A stretch of 64,000 nucleotides of DNA from Alphaproteobacteria bacterium (GCA_965220745.1 CBDCQT010000010.1:704001-768000), one strand, 5' to 3'; shown: positions 38,492 through 54,843, counted from the stretch's first letter. Numbers and translations are program-made. Notes: a model not told the origin generated them from the sequence alone.

Positions 38492-39661
38492 ATGAACCTC
38501 CACGAATATCAGGCCAAGCAGGTGCTGGCAGGGTTCGGCGTGCCGGTGCCGCGCGGCGTGCCGGTGCTTGCGCCAGACGGAATCGAGGCCGCCGTAGACG
38601 AGCTCGGCGGTCCGGTCTGGGTGGTCAAGGCGCAGATTCACGCCGGCGGGCGCGGCAAGGCGGGCGGGGTCAAGGTGTGCAAGGACCGCGACGAGGCGAT
38701 TACGGCGGCCCGCGCCATGTTCGGCAAGGTGCTCGTCACCCATCAGACCGGACCGGCGGGGCGCGAGGTGCGCCGGGTCTACCTGGAGGACGGCGCCGAT
38801 ATCGCCCACGAGTACTATCTGGGCGCCGTGGTAGACCGCGAGAGCGGGCGCGTCGCGCTGATCGCCTCAGCTGAGGGCGGCGTCGAGATCGAGACAGTCG
38901 CCGCCGAGAACCCGCAGGCCATCGTGGCCGTGCCGGTCGATCCCGCGAGCGGCTTCCAGCCCCACCACGCACGCAGCCTCGCCTTCGGTCTCGGGCTCTC
39001 CGGCGAGGCGGCGAAGGCGGCGGGCAGGCTGGCACGCGCGGTATACGACGCGGTGCTCGGCACCGATGCCAGCCTGGTCGAGATCAACCCCCTGATTGAG
39101 ACGAGCGAAGGCGCGCTCATCGTTCTCGATGCCAAGGTGAGCATCGACGACAACGCTCTCTATCGGCAGCGGGAGATCGCCGCACTGCGCGATCCGGACG
39201 AGGAAGACCCGGCGGAGCGCGCCGCCGGCGAGCACGAGCTGAGCTACGTCAAGCTCGACGGCAACATCGGCTGCATGGTGAACGGCGCGGGCCTCGCCAT
39301 GGCGACGATGGACATCATCAAGCTGCATGGCGCCGAGCCCGCCAACTTCCTCGATGTCGGCGGCGGCGCCACCCGCGAGCGGGTCACCGAGGCCTTCAAG
39401 ATCATTCTCTCCGACCCCAACGTGCGCGGCATTCTGGTCAACATCTTCGGCGGCATCATGCGCTGCGACGTCATCGCCGAGGGCATCGTCGCGGCTGCGC
39501 GCGAGGTTTCGCTGGAGCTCCCCCTTGTGGTCCGGCTCGAAGGCACCAATGTGGAAAAAGGCAAGGCGATCCTGGATGGCGCGGGGATCGACCTGATCGC
39601 GGCCGACGACCTCGGCGATGCGGCGGCAAAGGTGGTCCAGGCAATAGGGCGAGCGGGCTGA
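38492..39661 (+). CDS. sucC: Succinyl-CoA synthetase beta subunit
   Basis: [44 protein letters not shown]. Confidence 0.98.
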   Translation: MNLHEYQAKQVLAGFGVPVPRGVPVLAPDGIEAAVDELGGPVWVVKAQIHAGGRGKAGGVKVCKDRDEAITAARAMFGKVLVTHQTGPAGREVRRVYLEDGADIAHEYYLGAVVDRESGRVALIASAEGGVEIETVAAENPQAIVAVPVDPASGFQPHHARSLAFGLGLSGEAAKAAGRLARAVYDAVLGTDASLVEINPLIETSEGALIVLDAKVSIDDNALYRQREIAALRDPDEEDPAERAAGEHELSYVKLDGNIGCMVNGAGLAMATMDIIKLHGAEPANFLDVGGGATRERVTEAFKIILSDPNVRGILVNIFGGIMRCDVIAEGIVAAAREVSLELPLVVRLEGTNVEKGKAILDGAGIDLIAADDLGDAAAKVVQAIGRAG

Positions 39662-40556
39662 TGGCGGTCCTCGTCGATCGCGACACACGGGTGATCTGCC
39701 AGGGCCTCACCGGCGCCCAGGGCACCTTCCACTCGGAGCAGGCGATCGCCTACGGCACGCGCATGGTGGGCGGCGTCACCCCCGGCAAGGGCGGTAGCAC
39801 CCACCTCGACCTGCCGGTGTTCGACACCGTGGCCGAGGCCCGTGCCGCCACCGGCGCCGATGCCTCGGTCATCTACGTGCCGGCACCCTTCGCAGCCGAC
39901 GCGATCCTGGAGGCCATCGACGCCGGCATCGGCCTCGTGGTCTGCATCACCGAGGGCATCCCGGTGCTCGACATGGTGCGGGTCAAGCGCGCGCTCGCCG
40001 GCTCGCAGACCCGGCTCATCGGCCCCAACTGCCCCGGCGTCATCACGCCGGACGAATGCAAGATCGGCATCATGCCGGGCCACATCCACCGGCGCGGCCG
40101 GGTCGGCATCGTCTCGCGCTCGGGCACGCTGACTTACGAGGCTGTGGGGCAGACCACCGCCGCAGGACTGGGGCAATCGACCTGCATCGGCATCGGCGGC
40201 GATCCAGTCGCCGGCACTGACTTCATCGACTGCCTCGCCCTCTTCGCACGCGACGACGAGACCGAAGCCATCGTCATGATCGGCGAGATCGGCGGCAGCG
40301 CGGAGGAGAAGGCCGCCGACTTCGTGCGTGCGGAGAGGCTTGCCAAGCCCATCGTCGGCTTTATCGCCGGCCTCACGGCGCCGCCCGGCCGGCGCATGGG
40401 CCACGCCGGCGCCATCATCTCGGGCGGCAAGGGCGGAGCCCAGGACAAGATCGAGGCCATGCGGAGCGCCGGCATCACGGTGACGGAGTCGCCAGCGGCC
40501 ATCGGCACCACGGTGCTCGACGTGCTGAACGGCCGCCGCCGCGCGGGGCACGCGGC

Positions 40557-40560
<4 letters not shown>
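39661..40560 (+). CDS. sucD: Succinyl-CoA synthetase alpha subunit
   Basis: [31 protein letters not shown]. Confidence 0.98.
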
Positions 40561-44698
<4,138 letters not shown>

Positions 44699-44722
44699 TC
44701 CCCATGTCCGGCCGGAGCCGTC

Positions 44723-46123
<1,401 letters not shown>

Positions 46124-46126
<3 letters not shown>

Positions 46127-46271
46127 AGCGTTTCCGTTTCACACGGAAACACTCTAGAATTTTGTCGCTCACGGCAGCCGGTCTATGGCCGGCGCCTCCG
46201 CGAGGGCGCCGCATAAGCGGCGGGCCGCAGTCGCGGCCTGTCGCGAGTTCGTCACGAACGAACTCGCTCCG
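46124..46271 (-). repeat. Family A repeat copy 4 (inverted; its end overlaps the lpdA TAG stop)
   Basis: Reverse complement reads ggagcgagttcgttcgtgacgaactcgcgacaggccgcgactgcggcccgccgc...tgccgtgagcgacaaa...cggaaacgctcta. Confidence 0.9.
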
Positions 46272-46299
46272 GGCGAGTTTTAGGGGAGCAGACTGAGAC

Positions 46300-48639
46300 A
46301 TGAATACCGGTCCACAGGTCGCGACCATGCGGCGCATCAGCGAGATGACGGAGACCAGCTTCAACGGCGTGGCCAAGCCCTACGTCCCGCCGCGCGAGCT
46401 CAGCATCTCCGACAAGCTCACCCTCCACCGGGACTGGGAAACCCAAATCGATCCCGTCACCTACGAGGTGATCCGCCACAACCTCTGGAACATCAATGAG
46501 GAGCACGGCGCCACGATCCAGCGCATCTCCGGCTCGCCGGTCGCGATCTACGCGCTCGACCTCAACCCCTCGATCCTCACCGAGGACGCCGAGTTCGTCT
46601 ATTTCGGCCCCTACATGCAGTACATGTCGGGCGTCACCGACACGCAGGTGAAGTGGATCCTGGAGAACCGCAGCGACAACCCCGGCATCCGCGAGGGCGA
46701 CATGTTCCTCGCCAACGACCCCTGGGTCGGCGCCGCACACCAGATGGACGTGATGGTGATTTGCCCGGTGTTCTGGGAGGGCGAGCTCTTCTGCTGGATC
46801 ACCAACTGCCTGCATCAGTACGACATCGGCGGCATCACGCCGGGGAGCTTCTGTCCCGCCGCCGAGAGCGCCTTCGACGAAGGAATCCTGATTCCGCCGG
46901 TGAAGATCGTCGAGAACGACGTGGTCCGCCGCGATATCGAGGAGCTTTACCTGCGCTCCTCGCGCAAGCCCGAGATGGTGGCGCTCGATTTCCGCGCGCA
47001 GCTCGCCGGCAACATGAGCGCACGCGAGCGCTTGCTGCAGCTTGTCCGCCGCTACGGGCCGCGCACGGTCAAGGGCGTGATGAAGCGCATCATCGACAAT
47101 GCCGAGACCGCCTTCCTCGCCAAGCTGGAGCGCTTGCCCGACGGCGCCTGGAGCGACCGCACCTACGTCGAGGCCTGCCGGCCGGGGGACCGGCGCACCC
47201 ATCGGGTCCAGATCACCGTCACCAAGAAGGGCAACCGGCTGATCTTCGACAATGACGGCACCGCGCCGCAGGACGGCGCCATGAACGCCACCTACTCCGG
47301 CTGGCGCGGCTCCGTCATGGTGGCGATCAACGAGCTGCTCGCGTGGGACCAGTATTTCGCGGTAGGCGGCGCACTCAGGCACATCGACTTCGACCCGACG
47401 GCAGGCACGCTCAACTGCGCCGACTTCCCGGCCAGCGTCTCGACAGCGCCCACGCAGTCCATGGAGATATCGCTTTATCCCGCCTACAACGCGATCTCCA
47501 AGATGCTCTTCTCGGACGAAGAGCTGCGCGGCGACATCATGGGCATCGGCGGCACCAGCCAGTGGCCGGCCACGCTCTTCCGCGGCATCGACCAGTGGGG
47601 CGAGCGCTACGGCTACCTGTTGATCGACCCCATCGGCGGCTCCATCGGCGCCTTCGCCCATGCCGACGGCATCAACACCGGCGGCCAAGCGCGCACGCCG
47701 ATCTGCCAGCTCCCCAACGTGGAGCACAACGAGCAGAACTTCCCGCTGCTCGTGCTCTACCGCAAGGAGCTGCCGGATTCCGGCGGCGCCGGCCGGTATC
47801 GCGGCGGGCTTTCCGCCGAGACCTGCTTCATCCCCCACAACACCGAGCGCATCACCCAGGACACGCTGTCCTCGGGCAACGCGACGCCCACCTCGACGGG
47901 GATGATGGGGGGCTTCCCGTCCACCACCAACGCCTACCAGTTTATCCGCGAGAGCGACATTCTGGAGCGCATGGCCGAGAGCCGCCTGATCGACGACTGT
48001 TCGCAGGTCTCAGGCCGGCCCGAGCATCTGGAGCTGCGGCAGGAGAACTTCGATCAGCACCCGGCGGATGTTTATGCGGTGCGCTGGTCCGGCGGCGGCG
48101 GCTTCGGCGATCCCATGCGGCGCGACCCGGCGAAGATCCAGCACGACCTGCTGCACCAGAACGTCACGCCGGAGGCGGCACGGGCGATCTTCGGCGCCGT
48201 GCTGAGCGAGGACGACACCACCGTCGATGTCGAGGCGACCGAACGCAACCGGGCCGCGATCAAGGCCGACCGCCTCGCACGCCTTACCAACGGCGCGACG
48301 CCGCAGCCTGAGCGCAACGGCGACCTGCGCCTGCGTGCGACCGATTCCCTCGACATACGCGAAGATGCTTCAGGCGCCTACTGGGCCTGCGGTGACTGCG
48401 GGGCGTCGCTCGGCCCGCTCGATGCCAACTACAAGGACGCCTGCCTGCAGGACGTGCGGCCGGTCTCGGAGTCGAACCCGCTGATCGGCGATCCTTCCCT
48501 TTTCGTGGACGATCCCGTCGAGTTCCGGCTGTTCTGCTGCCCCGGCTGCGGCGCGCAGATCGAGAACGAGATCGCCGTCGCCACCGACCCGATCCTGCGC
48601 GACATTTCCATCGCCATCCCGGCCGCGCACGATGGCTGA
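46300..48639 (+). CDS. Hydantoinase B/oxoprolinase family protein with C-terminal acetone-carboxylase-gamma-like Zn domain
   Basis: DP.TYEVI, ND.W.G..H..D, H..DIGG..PGS, DSGGAGRYRGG, GGGGFGDP..R. C-terminal CGDCG...NYK...CPGCG. Confidence 0.88.
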   Translation: MNTGPQVATMRRISEMTETSFNGVAKPYVPPRELSISDKLTLHRDWETQIDPVTYEVIRHNLWNINEEHGATIQRISGSPVAIYALDLNPSILTEDAEFVYFGPYMQYMSGVTDTQVKWILENRSDNPGIREGDMFLANDPWVGAAHQMDVMVICPVFWEGELFCWITNCLHQYDIGGITPGSFCPAAESAFDEGILIPPVKIVENDVVRRDIEELYLRSSRKPEMVALDFRAQLAGNMSARERLLQLVRRYGPRTVKGVMKRIIDNAETAFLAKLERLPDGAWSDRTYVEACRPGDRRTHRVQITVTKKGNRLIFDNDGTAPQDGAMNATYSGWRGSVMVAINELLAWDQYFAVGGALRHIDFDPTAGTLNCADFPASVSTAPTQSMEISLYPAYNAISKMLFSDEELRGDIMGIGGTSQWPATLFRGIDQWGERYGYLLIDPIGGSIGAFAHADGINTGGQARTPICQLPNVEHNEQNFPLLVLYRKELPDSGGAGRYRGGLSAETCFIPHNTERITQDTLSSGNATPTSTGMMGGFPSTTNAYQFIRESDILERMAESRLIDDCSQVSGRPEHLELRQENFDQHPADVYAVRWSGGGGFGDPMRRDPAKIQHDLLHQNVTPEAARAIFGAVLSEDDTTVDVEATERNRAAIKADRLARLTNGATPQPERNGDLRLRATDSLDIREDASGAYWACGDCGASLGPLDANYKDACLQDVRPVSESNPLIGDPSLFVDDPVEFRLFCCPGCGAQIENEIAVATDPILRDISIAIPAAHDG

Positions 48640-50023
48640 CGCCGCGCCCTCCCACGCGCCCTCTAACGCCCACGCCGACCTGATGGCGCGGGATGCCGCG
48701 CGCGTCTACGGCTGGCGCTACCAGCCCGCAATCCAGTTCGATCGCGGCGAAGGCATCTGGCTCTACGACGTCGACGGCAAGCGCTACTACGACCTGACCG
48801 CCGGCATGATGTGCAACGTGCTGGGCCACTGCCACCCCGAGCTGGTGGAGGTCATGCGCGCGGAGGCCGGCAAGCTCTGGCACGAGAACTCCTGGTACTC
48901 GAACCCTCATCTCGTGCGCTTCGCCGAGCGTATCGGGAGCACCCTGCCCGACGGGCTGGAGGTGGTGAACTTCGCCGTCACCGGCTCGGAGGCGAACGAG
49001 GTCGCCATGCGCATGGCGCTCGCGGTCACCGGCAAGCACGACATCCTCTCGGTGATCCGGGGCCTTCACGGCGGCAGCCTCGCGGTCGAATCCGTGACCA
49101 CCATCGGCGGCGCCCGGCGGCGTCATCTCGGGCCCCTGCTGGCGCCCGCCAACGCGCCCGCGATCTACGCGCCCTTCTGCTACCGCTGCCCGATCAACCT
49201 CGAGTACCCCGCCTGCGACGTGGCCTGCCTCACGCAATCGCGCGAGCTGATCGACCACGTGACCTCGGGCGATATCGCCGCAGTGCTGGCGGAGACCATG
49301 CTGGTCGCGGGCGGCATGGTGGTGCCGCCGCCGGAGTGGCTGCCCCGGCTCAAGCAGCTTTCCGAGGCCGAGGGCGCGTTGCTGGTTCTGGACGAAGCCC
49401 AGCTCGCGCCTGCGCGCACGGGCAAGCTCTGGGGCTTCCAGCACTACGACGTGACCCCCGACATCGTCACCTTCGCCAAGGGCATGAGCGCAGGGCTTGC
49501 GATCTGCGGCGCCGTCACCACGCGCGAGATCGCGGAGCAGGCGCGCGGCAAGGCGGGGCTCCCCTGGGCCGGCACCTACTCCGGCGACCCGCTGCCGGCG
49601 GCGGTCGCCGACAAGCAGTTGGAGATCGTGCTGCGCGACAGGCTGGACGAGCGCGCCGCCGCCATGGGCGATGTGCTTCGCGCCGCGCTGGAGCGTGTGC
49701 GCGATACCCACGCGGTGATCGGCGACGTGCGCGGCCAGGGGCTCTACCAGATGCTCGACATCGTGAGCGACAAGGAGAGCCGCACGCCCGACCCCGCCAT
49801 GGCCGAGCGCATCCGCCTCAACGCGGCCCTCGGCGGCGTGATCGTGATCTGCGTGAAGAATTTCTTGCGCATCTGCCCACCGCTCACCGTGACCGAGGCC
49901 GAGATCGAAGCCTTCACCGAGCGCCTCGACCGCGCCGTCCGCCTCGCCCTCGACGGGCACCCGAAGGACGTGGATTTCCGCGCCTCCAGCTCCCTCGCCA
50001 TGGGAGGCGTCGCCGCCCAATAG
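48632..50023 (+). CDS. Class III PLP-dependent aminotransferase
   Basis: GEG..L.D.DGK.Y.D, LGH, TGSEANE, LDE.Q...RTG, PDIVTFAKG. Confidence 0.92.
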   Translation: MADAAPSHAPSNAHADLMARDAARVYGWRYQPAIQFDRGEGIWLYDVDGKRYYDLTAGMMCNVLGHCHPELVEVMRAEAGKLWHENSWYSNPHLVRFAERIGSTLPDGLEVVNFAVTGSEANEVAMRMALAVTGKHDILSVIRGLHGGSLAVESVTTIGGARRRHLGPLLAPANAPAIYAPFCYRCPINLEYPACDVACLTQSRELIDHVTSGDIAAVLAETMLVAGGMVVPPPEWLPRLKQLSEAEGALLVLDEAQLAPARTGKLWGFQHYDVTPDIVTFAKGMSAGLAICGAVTTREIAEQARGKAGLPWAGTYSGDPLPAAVADKQLEIVLRDRLDERAAAMGDVLRAALERVRDTHAVIGDVRGQGLYQMLDIVSDKESRTPDPAMAERIRLNAALGGVIVICVKNFLRICPPLTVTEAEIEAFTERLDRAVRLALDGHPKDVDFRASSSLAMGGVAAQ

Positions 50024-50132
50024 TCCGCGCGACACACACCCCGCGCGCGTTCCGCGCGACACAGACCATGACCAAGCCCGGAAAACCGGGCTAATCTCAC
50101 CGGCAAGACCAACGGGTTGAGAGACTGCCGTC

Positions 50133-51539
50133 ATGCGGCCGCTTCGGCCTGCAATAGGGTTGCTTTGCCTCTGTCTATGGCTCTGCCTCGCCGGCATGGC
50201 GGGGCCGCCGGCGCAGGCGGCCGACGACGACCTCGACGCGGCGCTCGACCGCGTTATCGCAGCACGCGGGCTCGAGCCCCTTGAGGCGCCGCGGCTTGTG
50301 ATCACGCCCAAGTTTCGGCTCGGCCAGATGCTCTTCTTCGACCCCATCCTCAGCGGCACGCGGGACGCGGCCTGCGCCACCTGCCACCTGCCGGGGCGCG
50401 GCACGTCCGACGGCGTGGCGCTCTCCTTGGGCGTGCGCGCCACAGGCCTCGCGGAGCAGCGCCGCGCGCTCGACACCGAGCGGGTGCACCCGCGCAACAC
50501 GATGGATATCTGGAATCGCGGCCACCCGAGCGTGCGCAACATGTTCTGGGACGGGCGCGTGAGCGAGATCGAGGCGCCGGTGAGCCGCTTCCAGACCCCG
50601 ATGATGGATTACCTGCCGGATGGGATCGAGAGCGTGCTGGCGGCGCAGGCGCTCTTCCCGCTCGCCGGCGAGGAGGAGATGCTGGGCTTGCCGCACGACC
50701 GCTCGGCGCCCGACCTTCCCGGCGGCCACGGCGACAAGCCCAACGAGATCGCCCAGGCCGCGGCCGGCTACGACGAGTTCGAGCCGCAGCGCTTCGTCGC
50801 AGTCCACGACGCGCTGATGCGCCGGCTCCTCGGCCAGGCCGGTACGCCGCTCACCGACTGGCAGATCGCCTACCGCCGGCTCATCGTCCAGGCATTTCCC
50901 GACACGCTGCTCGGCGCCGTCACCATGGGCGACCTCGCCAATGCCCTCGGCCACTTCCAGGAACTGGCCTTCGTCACGCACGAAACGCCGTGGGACCGCT
51001 ATGTCGCGGGCGACAAGGACGCGCTCGACGCCGCGGCGAAGCGGGGCGCGCTGCTCTTCTACGGCAAGGGCCGCTGCGTCGCCTGCCACAGCGGCCCGCT
51101 CTTGAGCGACTTCCAGTTCCACTCCCTCGCCGTGCCCCAGATCGGCCCAGGTATCGACGAAAGCGGCGACGACCGCGGGCGCTTCGAGGCAACGCGAATC
51201 CCCCGGAACCTGTACCAGTTCCGCACACCGCCGCTCCGCAACGTCACGCTCACCGCGCCCTATTTCCACAGCGGGGCCGTCAAGAGCCTGGCCGACGCCA
51301 TCGCTCTCCATCTCGCCCCGCCCGCTGCGTCACCGAACGAGTCCGAGGCCGACGCGCTGCGACGTGCGAGCTTTTCACCCATGCTCAGGCGCGGCATCGC
51401 GCTCAGCGAAGAGGAGCGCGCGAGCCTCCTCGCCTTCCTTGAGAGCCTGGAGGACGCCCAAGCCGATAGCCGGGCCCTAATTGTCCCCGAGAGCGTACCG
51501 AGCGGCCTGCCCGTGCCAGCGCTGGACGCCGATGGCTGA
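50133..51539 (+). CDS. Di-heme cytochrome c peroxidase/MauG superfamily protein
   Basis: Signal peptide, LG..LFFD..LS, CATCH, FWDGR, CVACH, FRTPPLRNV..TAPYFH.G. Confidence 0.88.
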   Translation: MRPLRPAIGLLCLCLWLCLAGMAGPPAQAADDDLDAALDRVIAARGLEPLEAPRLVITPKFRLGQMLFFDPILSGTRDAACATCHLPGRGTSDGVALSLGVRATGLAEQRRALDTERVHPRNTMDIWNRGHPSVRNMFWDGRVSEIEAPVSRFQTPMMDYLPDGIESVLAAQALFPLAGEEEMLGLPHDRSAPDLPGGHGDKPNEIAQAAAGYDEFEPQRFVAVHDALMRRLLGQAGTPLTDWQIAYRRLIVQAFPDTLLGAVTMGDLANALGHFQELAFVTHETPWDRYVAGDKDALDAAAKRGALLFYGKGRCVACHSGPLLSDFQFHSLAVPQIGPGIDESGDDRGRFEATRIPRNLYQFRTPPLRNVTLTAPYFHSGAVKSLADAIALHLAPPAASPNESEADALRRASFSPMLRRGIALSEEERASLLAFLESLEDAQADSRALIVPESVPSGLPVPALDADG

Positions 51540-51555
51540 CCGGCGTACCGCCCCT

Positions 51556-51569
51556 TGTAACCGGTTACA
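51556..51569. promoter_or_regulatory. Perfect 14-bp palindrome TGTAACCGGTTACA, putative operator of aprMBA
   Basis: Seen directly in the AT-rich intergenic region about 85 nt upstream of aprM. Confidence 0.55.
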
Positions 51570-51652
51570 TAGGATATATGTTACCCTTCCACCGGATGAA
51601 TCGATACAGTCGCGCCCGGCGTTGAACGGAACAGGCCGACCGGGGGAATAAC

Positions 51653-52429
51653 GTGTTCACCAGTAATCCCTTTGCCGTGCTTTCGGAATCCATACCGCCC
51701 TCCGCGATACAGGCCTACGTGGGCGTCATGATTGCGCTGGTCGTGGTCGGCACCCTGTTCGACGTCTGGCACAAGGGGAGCGCCGCTTATTTCTTCGCAA
51801 GTTGGCGGAACTCACGGGGCAAGGGCACGCAGAATGTCGGCGGCGGGAAAATACTGTCGCTCGCGATCCAGACCGCTCTGGTGGAGGTCCTAACCTCTGC
51901 GGAATTCGGCTTAGGCCGCCGCCGGGTTGCCCACCTGCTGACCATGTACGGCTTCCTGCTCTACGTCGTGACCACCGTCGTCATGGTCTTCTGCCCCGCC
52001 GCGGCGACGCCCGCCGTCCTGCCCCAGCTCTGGATCGCAGGCGCTTTGCTTGTCTGCCTCGGGGGCTACTGGTTCTGGTTCTTCATCCGGGTCGACGTGT
52101 CGGCCGAGGGCCATACGCCCTTCCGCATCATGCGCGCCGACCTGTTCGTCCTCTCGCTTCTCGCCACCACGTCGCTGGGGCTGATCTGGGCCGCGCTGCA
52201 GTCGGTCGAGAGCTGGGGGACGTACATCGTTCTCGTCCTCTACCTCATCGCCACGACGGTGCTGTTCGGCTCCGTTCCGTGGTCAAAGTTCTCGCACATG
52301 TTCTTCAAGCCGGCGGCGGCCTTCGAGAAGCGGGTCTCGGAGGCGGCCGGTTCGCGGAGCAACCTGCCGGCCCCCGCCGACGAGCCCGAAACGCTCGGCA
52401 TTGCCCGCGAGCGCCCCCGCCACTACTGA
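51653..52429 (+). CDS. aprM: APS reductase membrane anchor
   Basis: Multi-pass membrane protein with HK.SA.YF, RR.AHLL.MYGF, GGYWFWFFIRVDV and WSKFSHMFFKP, directly upstream of aprB. Confidence 0.85.
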   Translation: MFTSNPFAVLSESIPPSAIQAYVGVMIALVVVGTLFDVWHKGSAAYFFASWRNSRGKGTQNVGGGKILSLAIQTALVEVLTSAEFGLGRRRVAHLLTMYGFLLYVVTTVVMVFCPAAATPAVLPQLWIAGALLVCLGGYWFWFFIRVDVSAEGHTPFRIMRADLFVLSLLATTSLGLIWAALQSVESWGTYIVLVLYLIATTVLFGSVPWSKFSHMFFKPAAAFEKRVSEAAGSRSNLPAPADEPETLGIARERPRHY

Positions 52430-52472
52430 TCGGCCCTCCACCGGTCTTCGATAGAGGAGAGTACCGAACCCC

Positions 52473-52934
52473 ATGCCGACCTTCGTCTACATGACCCGGT
52501 GCGACGGCTGCGGCTACTGCGTCGACATCTGCCCGTCCGACATCATGCACATCGATAAGACCTACCGGCGCGCCTACAACATCGAGCCCAACATGTGCTG
52601 GGAGTGCTACTCCTGCGTGAAGGCGTGCCCGCAGCATGCCATCGACTGCCGCGGCTATGCCGACTTCGCGCCCATGGGTCACAGCGTCCGGGCGCTGAGG
52701 GAAGAGGCGAAGGGCACCATCTCCTGGAAGATCAAGTTCCGGGACGGTGAGGAAAAGGACTTCGTTTCTCCCATCCGGACCACGCCTTGGGGCTCGATCA
52801 AGCCGCCGGCCGACTACGAGGCGCCCACCGCCGAGGCGATGAAATCCCAGGAGCTGGCGCATGAGCCGGACGCGCTCAACATCGAGGCGCTGCCCGCGAT
52901 GGCGCCGGAGCGCTTCAAGCAGGGACTCCTCTAG
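52473..52934 (+). CDS. aprB: Adenylylsulfate reductase beta subunit
   Basis: MPTFVYMTRCDGCGYCVDICPSDIM...CWECYSCVKACP, RGYADF.P. Confidence 0.96.
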   Translation: MPTFVYMTRCDGCGYCVDICPSDIMHIDKTYRRAYNIEPNMCWECYSCVKACPQHAIDCRGYADFAPMGHSVRALREEAKGTISWKIKFRDGEEKDFVSPIRTTPWGSIKPPADYEAPTAEAMKSQELAHEPDALNIEALPAMAPERFKQGLL

Positions 52935-54778
52935 TGGGCCTGTTCTCACGCCGCAAGACGGTCTTCGTCGACGCGGACATCCTCGTCATCGGCGGCGGCA
53001 TGGCCGGCTGCGGGGCGACCTACGAAGCCGGCTACTGGGGACGCGACCTGAAGGTGGTCTGCGTCGAGAAGGCGAACATCGAGCGCAGCGGCGCGGTGGC
53101 CCAGGGCCTCTACGCGATCAACTGCTACATGGGCATGCAGTGGGACGAGAATCAACCCGAAGACCACGTGCGCTACGCCCGGAACGACCTCATGGGCCTG
53201 GTGCGGGAGGACCTGGGCTACGACATCGCGCGCCACGTCGATTCCACAGTGCACAAGTTCGAGGAGTGGGGCCTTCCCATCATGCGGGACCCGGAGACCG
53301 GGCGTTATCAGCGCGAGGGCAAGTGGCAGATCATGATCCACGGCGAGAGCTACAAGCCCATCGTCGCGGAGGCCGCGCGCAAGGCCGCCACCGAAGTCTA
53401 CAACCGGATCATGGTGACCCACCTGCTGACGGACCGGACGAAGCCCAACCGCGTCGCCGGCGCGGTCGGGTTCAACGTCCGCAGCGGGGAATTCTATGTC
53501 TTCCGCGCGAAGGCCGTCATCGTCTCCGCCGGCGGCGCGTCGCACATCTTCAAGCCGCGCGCGGTGGGCGAAGGCATGGGGCGCACCTGGTACGCGCCCT
53601 GGAGCAGCGCATCGGCCTACGCGCTGCCGATCCTCGTCGGCGCCAAGATGACCCAGATGGAGAACCGCATCGTCCTCACCCGCTTCAAGGACGGCTACGG
53701 CCCGGTCGGCGCCTACTTCCTCCATCTCAAGACCTACACCGAGAACGCCTACGGGGAGGAGTACGAGTCCAAGTGGTACGACCAGACCAAGGCGCTGGTC
53801 GGCGACTACATCGACATGCACCCGGTGCCCACCTGCCTGCGCAACCACGCCTTCCTGGAAGAGGTCAAGGCCGGCCGGGGGCCGATCCGCATGGTGACGA
53901 AGGAGGCCTTCGCCGATCCCCACAAGGAGCAGGTCGGCTGGGAGAATTTCCTCGGTATGACGATCGGGCAGGCGGTGGTCTGGGCCTCCCAGAACATCGA
54001 TCCCAAGCACACCAATCCGGAGCTGACCACGTCGGAACCTTACGTCATGGGCTCGCACGCCACATGCTCAGGCGCCTGGGCGAGCGGCCCGGAGGACTGC
54101 GCGCCGACCGACTACCAGTGGGGCTACAACCGGATGATGACCGTCGACGGGCTGTTCGGCGCCGGCGACACCATCGGCGGCTCCGCCCACAAGTTCTCGT
54201 CCGGGTCCTACACGGAGGGCCGGATCGCCGGCAAAGCGGCGGTCAACTACGTCAACGACCTGAAGGGCGAGCAGCCGCAAGTCAGCGAGAAAGAGTACGA
54301 GGACCTCAAGACGGTCATCTTCCAGCCCCTGGAGACCTACCGGGTCAATCGCAACGAGATCGTCGCGGGCACGGTCTCGCCGAGCTACATCCTGCCGATT
54401 CACGGCCTTCAGCGCCTCGAGAAGATCATGGACGAGTACGTCGGCGGCATCAGCGCCGCCTACACGACGAACGAGCCCATGCTCACGCGCGGGCTGGAGC
54501 TGCTGGGCATGCTCAAGGAGGACCTCGACCACCTCGGGGCCGAGGACCTGCACCAGCTACAGCGGGCGTGGGAGCTGCACCACCGGGTGCTCGCCTCGGA
54601 GGCCGTGACCCATCACACGATGTACAGGACCGAGACGCGGTGGCCCGGATACTACTATCGGGGCGATCATCCGAAGCTGGATGACGCCGACTGGCACTGC
54701 TTCACCCTGTCTCGCTACGATCGTGACTCCGGCGAATGGGCCATGGAGAAGGCCCCCGTCTACCACATCGTGGATTAG
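52934..54778 (+). CDS. aprA: Adenylylsulfate reductase alpha subunit
   Basis: GGGMAGCG, RSGAVAQGL.AIN, WQIMIHGESYK, RFKDGYGPVG, HKFSSGS..EGR, ETRWPGYYYR. Confidence 0.97.
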   Translation: MGLFSRRKTVFVDADILVIGGGMAGCGATYEAGYWGRDLKVVCVEKANIERSGAVAQGLYAINCYMGMQWDENQPEDHVRYARNDLMGLVREDLGYDIARHVDSTVHKFEEWGLPIMRDPETGRYQREGKWQIMIHGESYKPIVAEAARKAATEVYNRIMVTHLLTDRTKPNRVAGAVGFNVRSGEFYVFRAKAVIVSAGGASHIFKPRAVGEGMGRTWYAPWSSASAYALPILVGAKMTQMENRIVLTRFKDGYGPVGAYFLHLKTYTENAYGEEYESKWYDQTKALVGDYIDMHPVPTCLRNHAFLEEVKAGRGPIRMVTKEAFADPHKEQVGWENFLGMTIGQAVVWASQNIDPKHTNPELTTSEPYVMGSHATCSGAWASGPEDCAPTDYQWGYNRMMTVDGLFGAGDTIGGSAHKFSSGSYTEGRIAGKAAVNYVNDLKGEQPQVSEKEYEDLKTVIFQPLETYRVNRNEIVAGTVSPSYILPIHGLQRLEKIMDEYVGGISAAYTTNEPMLTRGLELLGMLKEDLDHLGAEDLHQLQRAWELHHRVLASEAVTHHTMYRTETRWPGYYYRGDHPKLDDADWHCFTLSRYDRDSGEWAMEKAPVYHIVD

Positions 54779-54843
54779 TACTACAGTTGCATATTAGTCG
54801 ATGATGTGATGTCCTCGCTGCGTGATGGACGGGAAGAGGGGGA

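Noticed and set aside
52473-54778. Dissimilatory sulfate reduction
   Set aside because: The AprM anchor and the absence of qmo/dsr genes in the window point to the oxidative type.
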